Source of the DNA: Ruminiclostridium sp.
GTDB lineage: Bacteria; Bacillota; Clostridia; Oscillospirales; Ruminococcaceae
Reading direction: 5' to 3'
DNA: 64,000 nt
Assembly: GCA_017625405.1 (NCBI GenBank)
Contig: JAGALB010000043.1
Location: 153,900-217,899 of the forward strand
The notes under the pieces are model-generated. The model did no database searches. It worked only from the letters and a program-made list of their open reading frames with translations, and was not told the origin of the DNA. Positions 1-8,983 of this stretch are shown here, piece by piece. Position 1 is the first letter of the stretch. Each line of letters opens with the position of its first letter. The position numbers and the translations under genes were made by a program.

Positions 1-735
1 GATACAGGCATTTTCATCGCAGAAAGCCCGAAGGTAATAAATCGTGCGCTTGATGCCGGCTTTGAGCCTGTTTCATTTCTTCTGGAACGCAAGCACATAG
101 AAAATCAGGCTCAGGGTGTTATTTCACGATGCGGCAACGTACCTGTTTTTACATCTGACCCTGATGTTCTGACAAAGCTTACAGGTTACAGTCTTGCCCG
201 TGGTGCACTTTGTGCAATGAGAAGAAAAAAACTGCCCTCTGTTGAGGAGATATGCAGTAATGCCCGTCGTATTGCGGTGCTTGAAAATATAATGAACTCT
301 ACAAATATAGGTGCAATTTTCCGTTCTGCGGCTGCACTTAACATGGATGCAATTCTGCTTACGCCTGCTTGCAGCGATCCGTTATATCGTCGCGCTGTCA
401 GAGTAAGTATGGGTACGGTTTTTCAGGTTCCATGGACTTATTTTGAGGGTGATTTTAACAATTATCCTCAGCTTGGTGTGGAAATGCTAAGAGAAATGGG
501 CTTCAAAACTGCAGCTATGGCACTTCGTGATGATACTATTTCAATTGATGACCCGAAACTCAGAACAGAAGAGAAGCTTGCAGTTGTTCTCGGAACAGAA
601 GGCGACGGTCTTGCAAACGAAACAATAGCAAACTGCGATTATACCGTTAAAATTCCTATGTCCCACGGCGTTGATTCACTTAATGTTGCGGCGGCAGGCG
701 CTGTGGCATTCTGGGAACTGGGAAAGCGCAGCTGA
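1..735 (+). CDS. TrmH/SpoU-family RNA 2'-O-methyltransferase, 5'-truncated by window edge
   Basis: Frame 1 is open from nt 1 (DTGIFIAESPKVINRALDAGFEP...) into listed ORF 217..735. SpoU-type motifs NIGAIFRSAAA, VLGTEGDGL, IPMSHGVDSLNVAAA. Confidence 0.8.
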   Translation, partial: DTGIFIAESPKVINRALDAGFEPVSFLLERKHIENQAQGVISRCGNVPVFTSDPDVLTKLTGYSLARGALCAMRRKKLPSVEEICSNARRIAVLENIMNSTNIGAIFRSAAALNMDAILLTPACSDPLYRRAVRVSMGTVFQVPWTYFEGDFNNYPQLGVEMLREMGFKTAAMALRDDTISIDDPKLRTEEKLAVVLGTEGDGLANETIANCDYTVKIPMSHGVDSLNVAAAGAVAFWELGKRS

Positions 736-747
736 AAGGAGAAAAAA

Positions 748-2814
748 ATGATTTACAGCGAAAATAACCGTCTTATAATCAGAAACGGAAATTCACAGGT
801 ATGGATAGAACCCTGGGGTGAAAATTCACTGCGTGTAAGAATGACCGCCTCACCTGAAATGGACAAACATGACTGGGCACTTTGTGAGCCTGTTGAAGAA
901 TGTGTGGCACAGTTCCGCACTGAAACTGTTGATACTACTGACCCTTGGTATAAAAGTGAAGAGTTTGCTCATTATCATCAGACAGGAGTCAACCACTACA
1001 TAACCAACGGAAAGATTACCGCAAAGGTGGATTTCGAAGGCAGAATAAGTTATTATAATCAGAAAAATGAGCTTCTTACCGAAGAATACTGGCGTAACAG
1101 AAACCGCATCAACCGCTATTGCGTTCCGCTTCGTGTGGATGCACGTGAGCTTAAATGCAGACAGGGTGGTACTGATTATGAACTTACCGCACGATTTGAA
1201 GCCTATGATGATGAAAAAATCTACGGTATGGGTCAGTATCAGGACAGGCATCTCAATAAAAAGGGTGCTGTTCTTGAGCTTGCACATCGTAACTCTCAGG
1301 CAAGCGTGCCCTTTATGATTTCAAGCCGCGGTTACGGATTTTTCTGGAATAATCCAGCCATAGGCACTGCAACTTTCGGTACAAATAAAACCGAATGGTA
1401 TGCAAAATCAACTCAGAAGCTGGATTATTTTATTACTGCCGGAGATACTCCCGCCGAGATTGAAAAGAATTATACGGCTGCTACCGGAAGAGCACCACGT
1501 ATGCCCGAATACGGTCTTGGCTACTGGCAGTGCAAGCTTCGTTACCGCACTCAGGATGAAATACTGACTGTTGCCCGTGAGCATAAGCGCAGAGGATTGC
1601 CGATGGATGCGATTGTTGTCGATTTCTTCCACTGGACAAGACAGGGTGATTTCAAATTCGAACCTCGTGACTGGCCTGATCCCGATGCAATGGTAAAGGA
1701 ACTGAAAGAACTGGGTATTGAAACCGTTGTTTCGGTATGGCCTACAATTGACGAAAAAAGTGAAAATTTCGGTGAAATGGCAGATAAAGGCTATCTCGTT
1801 TCCGCTGACAGAGGTAACGGGCTTCACATGACCTGGATGGGCAATACTGTTTTTTATGATGCAACTCATCCCGGTGCACAGAAATTTGTGTGGGAAAAAT
1901 GCCGTGAAAATTACTATAAAAAGGGAATACGCACATTCTGGCTTGATGAAGCAGAGCCTGAGTACGGCCCGTATGATTTTGACAATTACCGTTATTATGC
2001 AGGCACAGCTCTCCAGTGTACAAATATTTACCCACTTATGTATGCCAAAGGCTTTTATGACGGTCTGAAGAGTGAAGGAGAAAAGGAAGTTCTCAGCCTT
2101 GTACGATGCGCTTGGGCAGGAAGTCAGAAATATGGTGTTCTCACATGGTCAGGTGATATTCATTCTTCTTTCAGAGCCATGCGTGAACAGCTTCAGGCAG
2201 GTCTCAATATGTGTGTTGCTGGTATTCCGTGGTGGACTTCCGACATCGGAGGATTCCTCGGCGGTGATATTTCCGACGAAAAATTCAGAGAGTTGCTTGT
2301 ACGCTGGTTCCAGTGGGGAGCTTTCTGTCCTGTATTCCGCATGCACGGCGAAAGAAGCCCGTGGTACGAAAGGGAACAGGAATTTATCGACGGTGTACGT
2401 CAGCTTACATCCGGTCAGGATAACGAGGTATGGAGCTTCGGTGAAGATAATTACGAAATCCTTAAAAAATACCTTTTCATACGTGAAAAGCTTCGTCCCT
2501 ATATCCGTGAAGCTATGGATGAATGCAGCAGAAGCGGTCTGCCGGTAATGCGTCCGCTGTTCTTTGATTTCAGCAACGACAAAACAGCCTGGGAAACCGA
2601 AGACCAGTATATGTTCGGCAGTGATATACTTGTAGCTCCTGTGTTGGAAGAAGGTGCGAGAGAGCGCAGTGTTTATCTTCCTGCAGGCGCTGAATGGATT
2701 GATGCTTATACAAAGCAGATATATAGCGGAGGACAGCGTATTACTGTACCTGCACCTATTGATGTTATTCCGATTTTCTATAAAAATGGAGCAGAAATAA
2801 GTATATATGATTGA
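748..2814 (+). CDS. Glycoside hydrolase family 31 (alpha-xylosidase/alpha-glucosidase-like)
   Basis: 688 aa. GH31 blocks FWLDEAEPE (nucleophile Asp region) and WSGDIHSSF (acid/base Asp region). SD AAAGGAG upstream of ATG. Confidence 0.85.
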   Translation: MIYSENNRLIIRNGNSQVWIEPWGENSLRVRMTASPEMDKHDWALCEPVEECVAQFRTETVDTTDPWYKSEEFAHYHQTGVNHYITNGKITAKVDFEGRISYYNQKNELLTEEYWRNRNRINRYCVPLRVDARELKCRQGGTDYELTARFEAYDDEKIYGMGQYQDRHLNKKGAVLELAHRNSQASVPFMISSRGYGFFWNNPAIGTATFGTNKTEWYAKSTQKLDYFITAGDTPAEIEKNYTAATGRAPRMPEYGLGYWQCKLRYRTQDEILTVAREHKRRGLPMDAIVVDFFHWTRQGDFKFEPRDWPDPDAMVKELKELGIETVVSVWPTIDEKSENFGEMADKGYLVSADRGNGLHMTWMGNTVFYDATHPGAQKFVWEKCRENYYKKGIRTFWLDEAEPEYGPYDFDNYRYYAGTALQCTNIYPLMYAKGFYDGLKSEGEKEVLSLVRCAWAGSQKYGVLTWSGDIHSSFRAMREQLQAGLNMCVAGIPWWTSDIGGFLGGDISDEKFRELLVRWFQWGAFCPVFRMHGERSPWYEREQEFIDGVRQLTSGQDNEVWSFGEDNYEILKKYLFIREKLRPYIREAMDECSRSGLPVMRPLFFDFSNDKTAWETEDQYMFGSDILVAPVLEEGARERSVYLPAGAEWIDAYTKQIYSGGQRITVPAPIDVIPIFYKNGAEISIYD

Positions 2815-3136
2815 AAAGGTGATCAAAAAAGCTATGAATAATGAATGTGAAATCCAGGCTACGATTGCCCGTATCGAAAAGATGGAATCCTATTTCGATA
2901 CAATTCAGGAAATTGTTAGTGATAATCCCGATCGTCTTAAAAATGACTCTTCAATTATTACCATGTTAGATGAGCTGATGGATTATTATGAAAACGGACA
3001 ATGGCTCAGAGATTATGAGTGCGATGAAAGGGGAGAGCTTCCTTCTGCGCTGAAGCGAGGCGTTCTTTCCGAAGATGGAGTATACAATCTTATTTCCGAT
3101 ATAGTCACATTCAGAGATTTATCTGAAGACGTCTGA
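2807..3136 (+). CDS. Small DUF4298-like protein of unknown function
   Basis: 109-aa ORF overlapping the GH31 stop by 8 nt. Resembles the DUF4298 family from memory (YYENGQWLRDYE...GELP..LKRGVLSEDGVYNL). Alternative start ATG 2834. Confidence 0.5.
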   Translation: MIEKVIKKAMNNECEIQATIARIEKMESYFDTIQEIVSDNPDRLKNDSSIITMLDELMDYYENGQWLRDYECDERGELPSALKRGVLSEDGVYNLISDIVTFRDLSEDV

Positions 3137-3147
3137 TTAAAAAAGCA

Positions 3148-3188
3148 CACCCCGAAAATGCTTATAAGCTTTTTCGGGGTGCTGTTTT
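3148..3188 (+). terminator. Rho-independent terminator after the GH31/DUF4298 unit
   Basis: 11-bp stem CACCCCGAAAA/TTTTCGGGGTG followed by CTGTTTT. Confidence 0.8.
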
Positions 3189-3238
3189 ATGTATATGAAA
3201 TAAAAAATAAAAGCCCGACCACAATCGAGCTTTTTGTC

Positions 3239-3315
3239 TGGTCGAGATGACAGGATTTGAACCTGCGACCTCTGCGTCCCGAACGCAGCGCTCTACCAAA
3301 CTGAGCCACATCTCG
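3239..3315 (-). tRNA. tRNA-Pro (anticodon CGG), CCA encoded
   Basis: Reverse complement CGAGATG-TG-GCTCAGTTTGGTAGAGC...CTGCG-TTCGGGA-CGCAG...GGTTCAAATCC...CATCTCG-A-CCA folds as a cloverleaf. Anticodon loop is TTCGGGA. Confidence 0.9.
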
Positions 3316-3339
3316 ATATATTTATTTAAATTTAAAAAT

Positions 3340-3495
3340 TTGTTTAAACGAAAATCATTCGTTCAGAGTACTGCTACGCAGCTTACACTTACGGTGCCCG
3401 GAATTTAAATTCCGACTGCTGCGCCTTTTCGCTTTCCTTTGATCCGTCACAGGCGGCAGTCAAGCTCAAAGCTATCAAAATGAGCCATATCTCGA
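3340..3495 (-). other. tRNA-Pro 5'-half-like remnant fused to a structured spacer (candidate small RNA or pseudo-tRNA)
   Basis: Minus strand tCGAGATATGGCTCATTTTGATAG matches the first 24 nt of the adjacent tRNA-Pro at 21/24. It is followed by helices GACTGCCGCC/GGCG-CA-GCAGTC and CGGAATTTAAATTCCG and a terminal AACGAA/TTCGTT hairpin. No T-arm or acceptor 3' strand. Confidence 0.3.
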
Positions 3496-3518
3496 TTCAT
3501 TACAATCAAAAATAAAAA

Positions 3519-3604
3519 TGGTGCGGATAACAGGACTTGAACCTGCACGGTATTGCTACCATTGGCACCTGAAGCCAACGTGTCTGCCATTCCACCATAT
3601 CCGC
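3519..3604 (-). tRNA. tRNA-Leu (anticodon CAG), long variable arm, CCA encoded
   Basis: Reverse complement GCGGATA-T-GGTGGAATGGCAGACAC...TTGGC-TTCAGGT-GCCAA-TGGTAGCAATACCGT-GCAGGTTCAAGTCCTGT-TATCCGC-A-CCA. Confidence 0.9.
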
Positions 3605-3673
3605 ACATCAAACTGCCTATATATTATATCATAACACGATTTTAAAGTCAATACTTTTGTTGATAAATTTTAG

Positions 3674-3710
3674 AAAAAACAATGCCTGATTGTGACACAA
3701 TCAGGCATTG
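3674..3710 (-). terminator. Rho-independent terminator of the adhesin gene
   Basis: Minus strand CAATGCCTGATTGTG/CACAATCAGGCATTG stem followed by TTTTTT, 7 nt after the stop. Confidence 0.85.
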
Positions 3711-3716
3711 TAATTA

Positions 3717-6700
3717 TTATTTTCTTTTCTTTGTTACAAGTAAAGTAAATACGGAAGCGAGGAATGCTGCAAGAGCAGAAGCGGAAGCAATAACTGCTGT
3801 ATAGGGATTTTCTTCGGTAATATTACCGGAAACATCACCTGTTAAGCTGTCACTGTCGTTTTCCAATTCTTCAGAATCTTCATCTTCATCAGCATCGTAA
3901 TCCTTGTCACTGTCCTTATCAGAATCCTTGTCGTCATCCTTATCGGAATCCTTGTCGTTATCCTTATCGGAATCCTTGTCGTTATCCTTATCGGAATCCT
4001 TATCGGAATCCTTATCGGAATCCTTATCGGAATCCTTGTCATCATCCTTGTCGGAATCCTTGTCGTCATCCTTATCGGAATCCTTGTCGTCATCCTTGTC
4101 GGAATCCTTGTCATCATCCTTATCGGAATCCTTGTCGGAATCCTTATCAGAATCCTTATCAGAATCCTTGTCATCGTCCTTATCACTGTCATCATCAGAA
4201 TCATTATCATCATCGTCAGAATCAGGTGTGGAAGGATTGCTGCCGGGATTTGAAGGTCTGCCAGGGTTAGAAGGAGCGCCGCCGGGGTTAGAGGGAACAC
4301 CGGGGTTGGGTGAACCACCGCCGGGGTTAGAAGGATCATCGGGATTTGTGGAATCGCCGGGGTTAGAAGGATCGTCGGGATTTGTAGATCCGCCGGGGTT
4401 GGAAGGTCCAATAGGATCAGTAGATCCGCCGGGGTTGGGGTTTGTGGGGTCTTCCACTCTTATGTTGTTACAGATGGGGAAGTCTTCGCTGAAAGTTTCT
4501 GAAGAGCCGTAAACACGATATGTAACATTTGAATTGCTGTCAATCATACATTCATATACGGTTTCTGATGTAGAGTAGTCAACAGGAGAAGCTGTTTCCT
4601 TAAGATAGTAAACTACATAACCGGTTGCAGGTGAATAAACATTTTCAAAAGATACAACAGCCTTGTTTCTTGTGCTGTCCCAGACAGGTGTTGCGGAAGA
4701 TTTGGGATCGGAAAGTGTAGTTCCGTCATAGCTTCCATAAAGGGTAAATACGGTTGCATCAAGAATTTCCTGTGTGCTGAGGTCTGTTGTGTCATATCTT
4801 TTTACAAGTTCGATTTTTTCAGCGGGTGTAGGTGTAGTTATATCTTCTGTTGTAAGATTTTTGATTACGTAGTTACCAGTTGTGCCGTCAAGTGTACCTG
4901 TGATATCAGCTTCCATAACGATTGTTCCGTTTTCGGATACGCTTGCGGAATAGATTGTGGTATTTGCAAGATATCCGCTGGGAACATATGTTTCCTTGAT
5001 ATGGTAAAGTCCGGGTGTTACTACAAAAGATACTGTACCGTCGGCTGCGGAAGTAGATGTTGCTATACTATTCTTGCAGGCGGAATCGCTGTAAAGAGTG
5101 AATGAAGCACCTGCTACAGGTGTAGTAGCATCTGATTTTGTCTTCTTGAAAGATAAACTGTACTGAGGAATAAGTGCGTTTGTAATTGTGTAACCATTTT
5201 CTGCATCTGCGCCGTCAACAGTTACTGAAGCTGTATTGGCATTAGCGGTTACATCAACTTTATAAATCTTATTAGTGATTTTATATCCTGTGGGAACGGT
5301 TGTTTCCTTGAGATAATATGTTCCGGTAGCAAGGTTTTCAAATCTGACTGAACCGTTGGCGTCGGAGAAATTTTCATCACCAAGTGTATTCTTACAATCA
5401 GGATCTGTAAATAATGTGAATCCTGCACCGGCGAGAGCGGAAGTGCCGTTCGTCTTGTTGATGACTAGGTTTGTAAATGGTGCAACAGCAAGTGTGTTAG
5501 GGATTATAAAATTGCCGCTTGAATCGGTTGCAACAGTTGCGTTTCCATCGGTAAATGCGAATGTGGCAGCAGGGGGGTTGTTTGATGTTGTGGTTACTGT
5601 CAGTACATATTTGTTGTTGTTTGCTACATATCCATACGGAACTGCTGTTTCCTTTATGTAATATGTACCGTTGGAGAGACCGGTAAAGGTTACTGTTCCG
5701 TTAGCATCAGAAGTGCTCTTTTTAAGAGCGTTTCTGCAGTCAGAATCAGAGTAAATGGTAAAACCAGCACCGGGAAGAACCTCATTGCCAGGTGCCTTGG
5801 TTTTCAGGAAAGAGAAGGAATGTAAAGGAGCGGAGTCAGATACGATTTCCATTAAGACATTTGCTCTTTCATTGAATCCGAACTGAATCTTGTGAATTTC
5901 GCCTGCAGTAAGCTGAACTTCCTTAGCGATTACACCGCCGTTTGTATTACCGGGGCCGGATTCATATGTACCGGCAGGAATAAGGATAGTACCCATTGTA
6001 CCACCATTCTGGTAGCAGGTCGCTTTACCTTCAAATACGTTTCCGTTTGTGCTGTCGTAGATGTTTACAAGAACTCTTGAAGCAAGTAAATTCCACTGCT
6101 GAAGAACCCCGTTAATAGTGAATGCGAGTCTGAGAGGATTGTTGTCGTTGTAAACATCACTGTCAGCGTCGATATTAAGTACAGCGTACTGACCGTCTTC
6201 AATTTCAACGTTGAAGAGATTGTTGTTGTTCAGATGATTGTAAATATCATCAGCTGTGATGTTTATAACCTTTACAGAAGCGGAAGAGCTTGTACTGATG
6301 AGTGACTTGGAAAGATTTGTAAGACTGGCAAACTCACTGTCAAAGTTGATTTCATCAATATCAGTGCCGATTTCGCCTATTGTAAGCTTGGTGTTATATG
6401 AAACCGAATCACCGTTTTCCGCATAGAGTGTCACACCGTTACCGTTATTGTAAGGTGTAACTTGTGCAGCAGCTGTGGGATTAAGATAAATTACAAGATC
6501 AGAGAAATTTTCTCTTGTGAAATTGCCGCCTAATGTCTTGATGTGGGCAATGTAACAGTCGTTTGAAACGTTATTGTTGATCACAACTTTCTTTATGTCG
6601 GTAACATCAGCGATTTCGCCGCTTCCGTCAACTCTGGCAAGATAGTATGTTCTTGTCTGATATAAGGGAAGTGCATCAGAATTATTGTAGGTATATGTTG

Positions 6701-7130
6701 CAGAAGTTTGTCCGGCAGGAATTGTAATTGTCTTCTGTGTGCCGGCTACAGGTGTGTAATCATCACCTGATTTTTCAAACAGCGCAAAAGTAACGGATTC
6801 GCCCTCGTTACCTGTGAACTTTACAGTAATAGAGTTATTATCGTAAATATCATAGTTGTTGTCACTGTTTGTTGCGTCATTTCCGATAATAAATGCGTTT
6901 TCTACGCACATGTTACCTTCCATGTCCGAACCGTTTGTGAAAGTGCGTGTGAAAACGCCGTAGTTAAGTGCAGGACCGAGACTTGTACAGAGTGCATTAA
7001 CATCTGTTGTTCCGGCAGCACTTGCAGGTTGATTTGCAAAAAATGCAGCAGAGCTGATTGTTACTGCGGCAGCAGTAAGAAATGCTCCGGCTTTTTTAAT
7101 CAAGCTGACGTTTTTGGGTGAAAACATCAT
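3717..7130 (-). CDS. Large secreted cell-surface adhesin: signal peptide, choice-of-anchor-A-like N-domain, four SpaA/Cna-B-type domains, Pro-rich linker, acidic DSDK repeats, C-terminal membrane/sorting segment
   Basis: 1137 aa. N-terminal hydrophobic signal ending ASAAG. Four repeats of the type GAGFTLYSD..C...DANGTV.F..L..GTYY[IL]KET..P.GY. C-terminus is hydrophobic helix + KKRK. SD GGAGGAA upstream. Confidence 0.85.
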   Translation of the reverse strand: MMFSPKNVSLIKKAGAFLTAAAVTISSAAFFANQPASAAGTTDVNALCTSLGPALNYGVFTRTFTNGSDMEGNMCVENAFIIGNDATNSDNNYDIYDNNSITVKFTGNEGESVTFALFEKSGDDYTPVAGTQKTITIPAGQTSATYTYNNSDALPLYQTRTYYLARVDGSGEIADVTDIKKVVINNNVSNDCYIAHIKTLGGNFTRENFSDLVIYLNPTAAAQVTPYNNGNGVTLYAENGDSVSYNTKLTIGEIGTDIDEINFDSEFASLTNLSKSLISTSSSASVKVINITADDIYNHLNNNNLFNVEIEDGQYAVLNIDADSDVYNDNNPLRLAFTINGVLQQWNLLASRVLVNIYDSTNGNVFEGKATCYQNGGTMGTILIPAGTYESGPGNTNGGVIAKEVQLTAGEIHKIQFGFNERANVLMEIVSDSAPLHSFSFLKTKAPGNEVLPGAGFTIYSDSDCRNALKKSTSDANGTVTFTGLSNGTYYIKETAVPYGYVANNNKYVLTVTTTSNNPPAATFAFTDGNATVATDSSGNFIIPNTLAVAPFTNLVINKTNGTSALAGAGFTLFTDPDCKNTLGDENFSDANGSVRFENLATGTYYLKETTVPTGYKITNKIYKVDVTANANTASVTVDGADAENGYTITNALIPQYSLSFKKTKSDATTPVAGASFTLYSDSACKNSIATSTSAADGTVSFVVTPGLYHIKETYVPSGYLANTTIYSASVSENGTIVMEADITGTLDGTTGNYVIKNLTTEDITTPTPAEKIELVKRYDTTDLSTQEILDATVFTLYGSYDGTTLSDPKSSATPVWDSTRNKAVVSFENVYSPATGYVVYYLKETASPVDYSTSETVYECMIDSNSNVTYRVYGSSETFSEDFPICNNIRVEDPTNPNPGGSTDPIGPSNPGGSTNPDDPSNPGDSTNPDDPSNPGGGSPNPGVPSNPGGAPSNPGRPSNPGSNPSTPDSDDDDNDSDDDSDKDDDKDSDKDSDKDSDKDSDKDDDKDSDKDDDKDSDKDDDKDSDKDDDKDSDKDSDKDSDKDSDKDNDKDSDKDNDKDSDKDDDKDSDKDSDKDYDADEDEDSEELENDSDSLTGDVSGNITEENPYTAVIASASALAAFLASVFTLLVTKKRK
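3882..4224 (-). repeat. In-frame 12-nt-period tandem repeat encoding (D-S/D/N-D-K)n acidic tract
   Basis: Plus strand shows reiterated tccttatcggaa / tccttgtcgtca units. Translation is [20 protein letters not shown]... Confidence 0.95.
4225..4460 (-). repeat. In-frame Pro/Gly/Ser/Asn-rich degenerate repeats ([12 protein letters not shown]-type linker)
   Basis: Translation [72 protein letters not shown]. Confidence 0.9.
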
Positions 7131-7160
7131 AGATTCCTCCTAATATACAGTTATAAATAT

Positions 7161-7189
7161 ATTATATCACAAATGAAATTGTTATTCAA
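7161..7189 (-). promoter_or_regulatory. Putative sigma-A promoter of the adhesin gene
   Basis: Minus strand TTGAAT-17 nt-TATAAT with TG extended -10 (TGATATAAT), about 30 nt upstream of the ATG. Confidence 0.5.
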
Positions 7190-7222
7190 TTGTCAAAATG
7201 CACTATAACTGAATTGATTTTT

Positions 7223-7248
7223 AAGCAAATTATTGAGTTAATTTGCTT
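7223..7248. promoter_or_regulatory. Perfect 10-bp inverted repeat in the divergent adhesin/glnA control region
   Basis: AAGCAAATTA-ttgagt-TAATTTGCTT. No flanking T-run, so not a terminator. Confidence 0.35.
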
Positions 7249-7372
7249 TAAAAGTTACATTTGGGATATTTGTGTAATAAGTATGTAAAACCCTTGTGTG
7301 AAATATAAACAATAAAATAAAATGTTGTTTGTTTATTATTAATGTTTTTTTTAGTCATTGGTGATTTTTTTG

Positions 7373-7401
7373 TTGCATTTTGCTGTCAGATATGTTATAA
7401 T
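7373..7401 (+). promoter_or_regulatory. Putative sigma-A promoter of glnA
   Basis: TTGCAT-17 nt-TATAAT, about 50 nt upstream of the glnA ATG. Confidence 0.55.
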
Positions 7402-7451
7402 ATTTTCATTAGTTATTTAACAATAACACTTTAAAAATTCAGGAGGCTTTT

Positions 7452-8876
7452 ATGGCAAGAACAGTTAATGAACTTATGGCTATGATCAAGGATAATGATA
7501 TCCAGATGATCGACTTCAAAATTGTAGACATCAACGGTCAGTTCCGTCATGTTACAATTCCCGCAGGTCAGTTCAATGAAGATACACTCAAGGACGGTAT
7601 CGGATTTGACGCTTCCAACTACGGTTACGCAGTTGTTGAAAAGAGTGACATGGTATTTATTCCTGACCTTGATACAGCACTGGTTGATCCTTTCTGTGCA
7701 GTTCCCACATTATCAATCACCGGTAATGCAATGGTTATAGATTACCCCGAAAACCGTCCTCTCGATCAGTATCCCAGAAATATCGTTCTTGCAGCTGAAC
7801 AGTATATGAAGGATACAGGTATTGCAGATACAATGCTTATCCTTCCCGAATTTGAATTCCATCTTTTTGATGATGCAGGCTGGTCTGTAAAACCTGAAAA
7901 AATCAGTATGCATGTTGATACCTCCCAGGCTTACTGGAATAGCGATACTGAAGGTAAGGGCTGCGTAGTTGCACATCAGAAGAACTATCATATTGCAAAG
8001 CCTTTTGATACTTCTTATGAATGCCGTTCCGAAATGTGTATTGAAATGCAGAAGGCAGGTATTCCCATCAAGTATCATCACCCTGAAGTAGGTGCTGCAG
8101 GTCAGTTTGAAATTGAACCTATGCTCGGTCAGATGTCTCAGATGGCTGATGCTACAATGATGATCAAGTACATTATTCACAATACAGCGCTCAAGTACGG
8201 TAAGGTTGCTACATTCATGCCTAAGCCTGTATATGGTGAAGCAGGTAACGGTATGCATGTTCATATGCTTTTACTCAAGGACGGCGAACCTGTATTCTCC
8301 GACGACAACGGTTATTCTCACCTCAGCGAAACAGCTCATTACTTCATGGGCGGTCTTTTAAAGCATATCTCTTCTCTCTGCGCTATCACAAACCCCAGCA
8401 CAAACTCCTTCAAGAGACTTGTTCCCGGTTTTGAAGCTCCTGTAACAGTAGGTTATGCTACTTCCAACAGAAGTGCGGTTATCCGTATTCCTGCCTATGC
8501 AAAGACACCCAAGCTCAGACGTTTTGAAATCCGTAACCCTGACGCTACCTGCAATCCTTATCTCGCATATGCGGCAATTCTTATGGCAGGTCTTGACGGT
8601 GTAAAGAATAAGATTGATCCTCATGCAAACGGCTGGGGTCCCTATGACTTCAATCTCTATAAGCTTTCTGATGAAGAAAAGGCTAAGCTTTCTTCACTTC
8701 CCACAACTCTTGACGCTGCGCTTGACGCACTTGAAGCTGATCACGACTACCTTACAGCAGGCGGTGTATTCCCTGAACAGCTTATCAAGACATTTATCGC
8801 AAACAAGAGAAAAGAATGCTTTGAATTATCCAAGATTCCTCATCCCGCAGAATTTGACAGATATTTCAATCTTTAA
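7452..8876 (+). CDS. glnA: Glutamine synthetase, type I
   Basis: 474 aa. Whole-length resemblance to GS-I (FDASN, HHPEVGAAGQFEI, GNGMHVHMLL, NSFKRLVPGFEAP, NRSAVIRIP). SD AGGAGG. Confidence 0.95.
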   Translation: MARTVNELMAMIKDNDIQMIDFKIVDINGQFRHVTIPAGQFNEDTLKDGIGFDASNYGYAVVEKSDMVFIPDLDTALVDPFCAVPTLSITGNAMVIDYPENRPLDQYPRNIVLAAEQYMKDTGIADTMLILPEFEFHLFDDAGWSVKPEKISMHVDTSQAYWNSDTEGKGCVVAHQKNYHIAKPFDTSYECRSEMCIEMQKAGIPIKYHHPEVGAAGQFEIEPMLGQMSQMADATMMIKYIIHNTALKYGKVATFMPKPVYGEAGNGMHVHMLLLKDGEPVFSDDNGYSHLSETAHYFMGGLLKHISSLCAITNPSTNSFKRLVPGFEAPVTVGYATSNRSAVIRIPAYAKTPKLRRFEIRNPDATCNPYLAYAAILMAGLDGVKNKIDPHANGWGPYDFNLYKLSDEEKAKLSSLPTTLDAALDALEADHDYLTAGGVFPEQLIKTFIANKRKECFELSKIPHPAEFDRYFNL

Positions 8877-8886
8877 TATCCGTAAT

Positions 8887-8917
8887 AAAACAGCCGCATT
8901 ACATATGCGGCTGTTTT
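8887..8917 (+). terminator. Rho-independent terminator of glnA
   Basis: AAAACAGCCGCAT/ATGCGGCTGTTTT stem with T-run. Confidence 0.85.
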
Positions 8918-8983
8918 CAGGTTGACAAAATCAGTATTATATGCTTTAATTTAATTATTGAATACATAAGGGAGAGTCATATT

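Noticed and set aside
3340-3495. Possible third tRNA gene (or intron-containing tRNA) between tRNA-Leu and tRNA-Pro
   Set aside because: Only the acceptor-5'/D-arm portion resembles a tRNA. No anticodon arm, T-arm (GTTCRANYC) or complementary acceptor 3' strand could be found. Kept only as a tRNA-derived remnant or candidate sRNA.
3898-4200. Regular short-period repeats that could be mistaken for a CRISPR array
   Set aside because: The period is 12 nt with no unique spacers, and the tract is in-frame coding sequence. No cas genes are present.
3842-4512. Listed ORFs 3842..4411 (-) and 3904..4512 (+) with low-complexity translations (IPIRIPTR..., SLSESLSL...)
   Set aside because: They are alternative-frame and antisense readings of the DSDK/PSNPGG repeats inside the 1137-aa adhesin gene, so they are repeat-induced artefacts.
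7131-7451. c-di-GMP riboswitch upstream of the adhesin, or a glutamine/GlnR-TnrA element upstream of glnA
   Set aside because: The region is extremely AT-rich with no GEMM-like GC helices. The predicted adhesin 5' UTR is only about 25 nt. No TGTNA-N7-TNACA match better than 3/5 in the second half-site.
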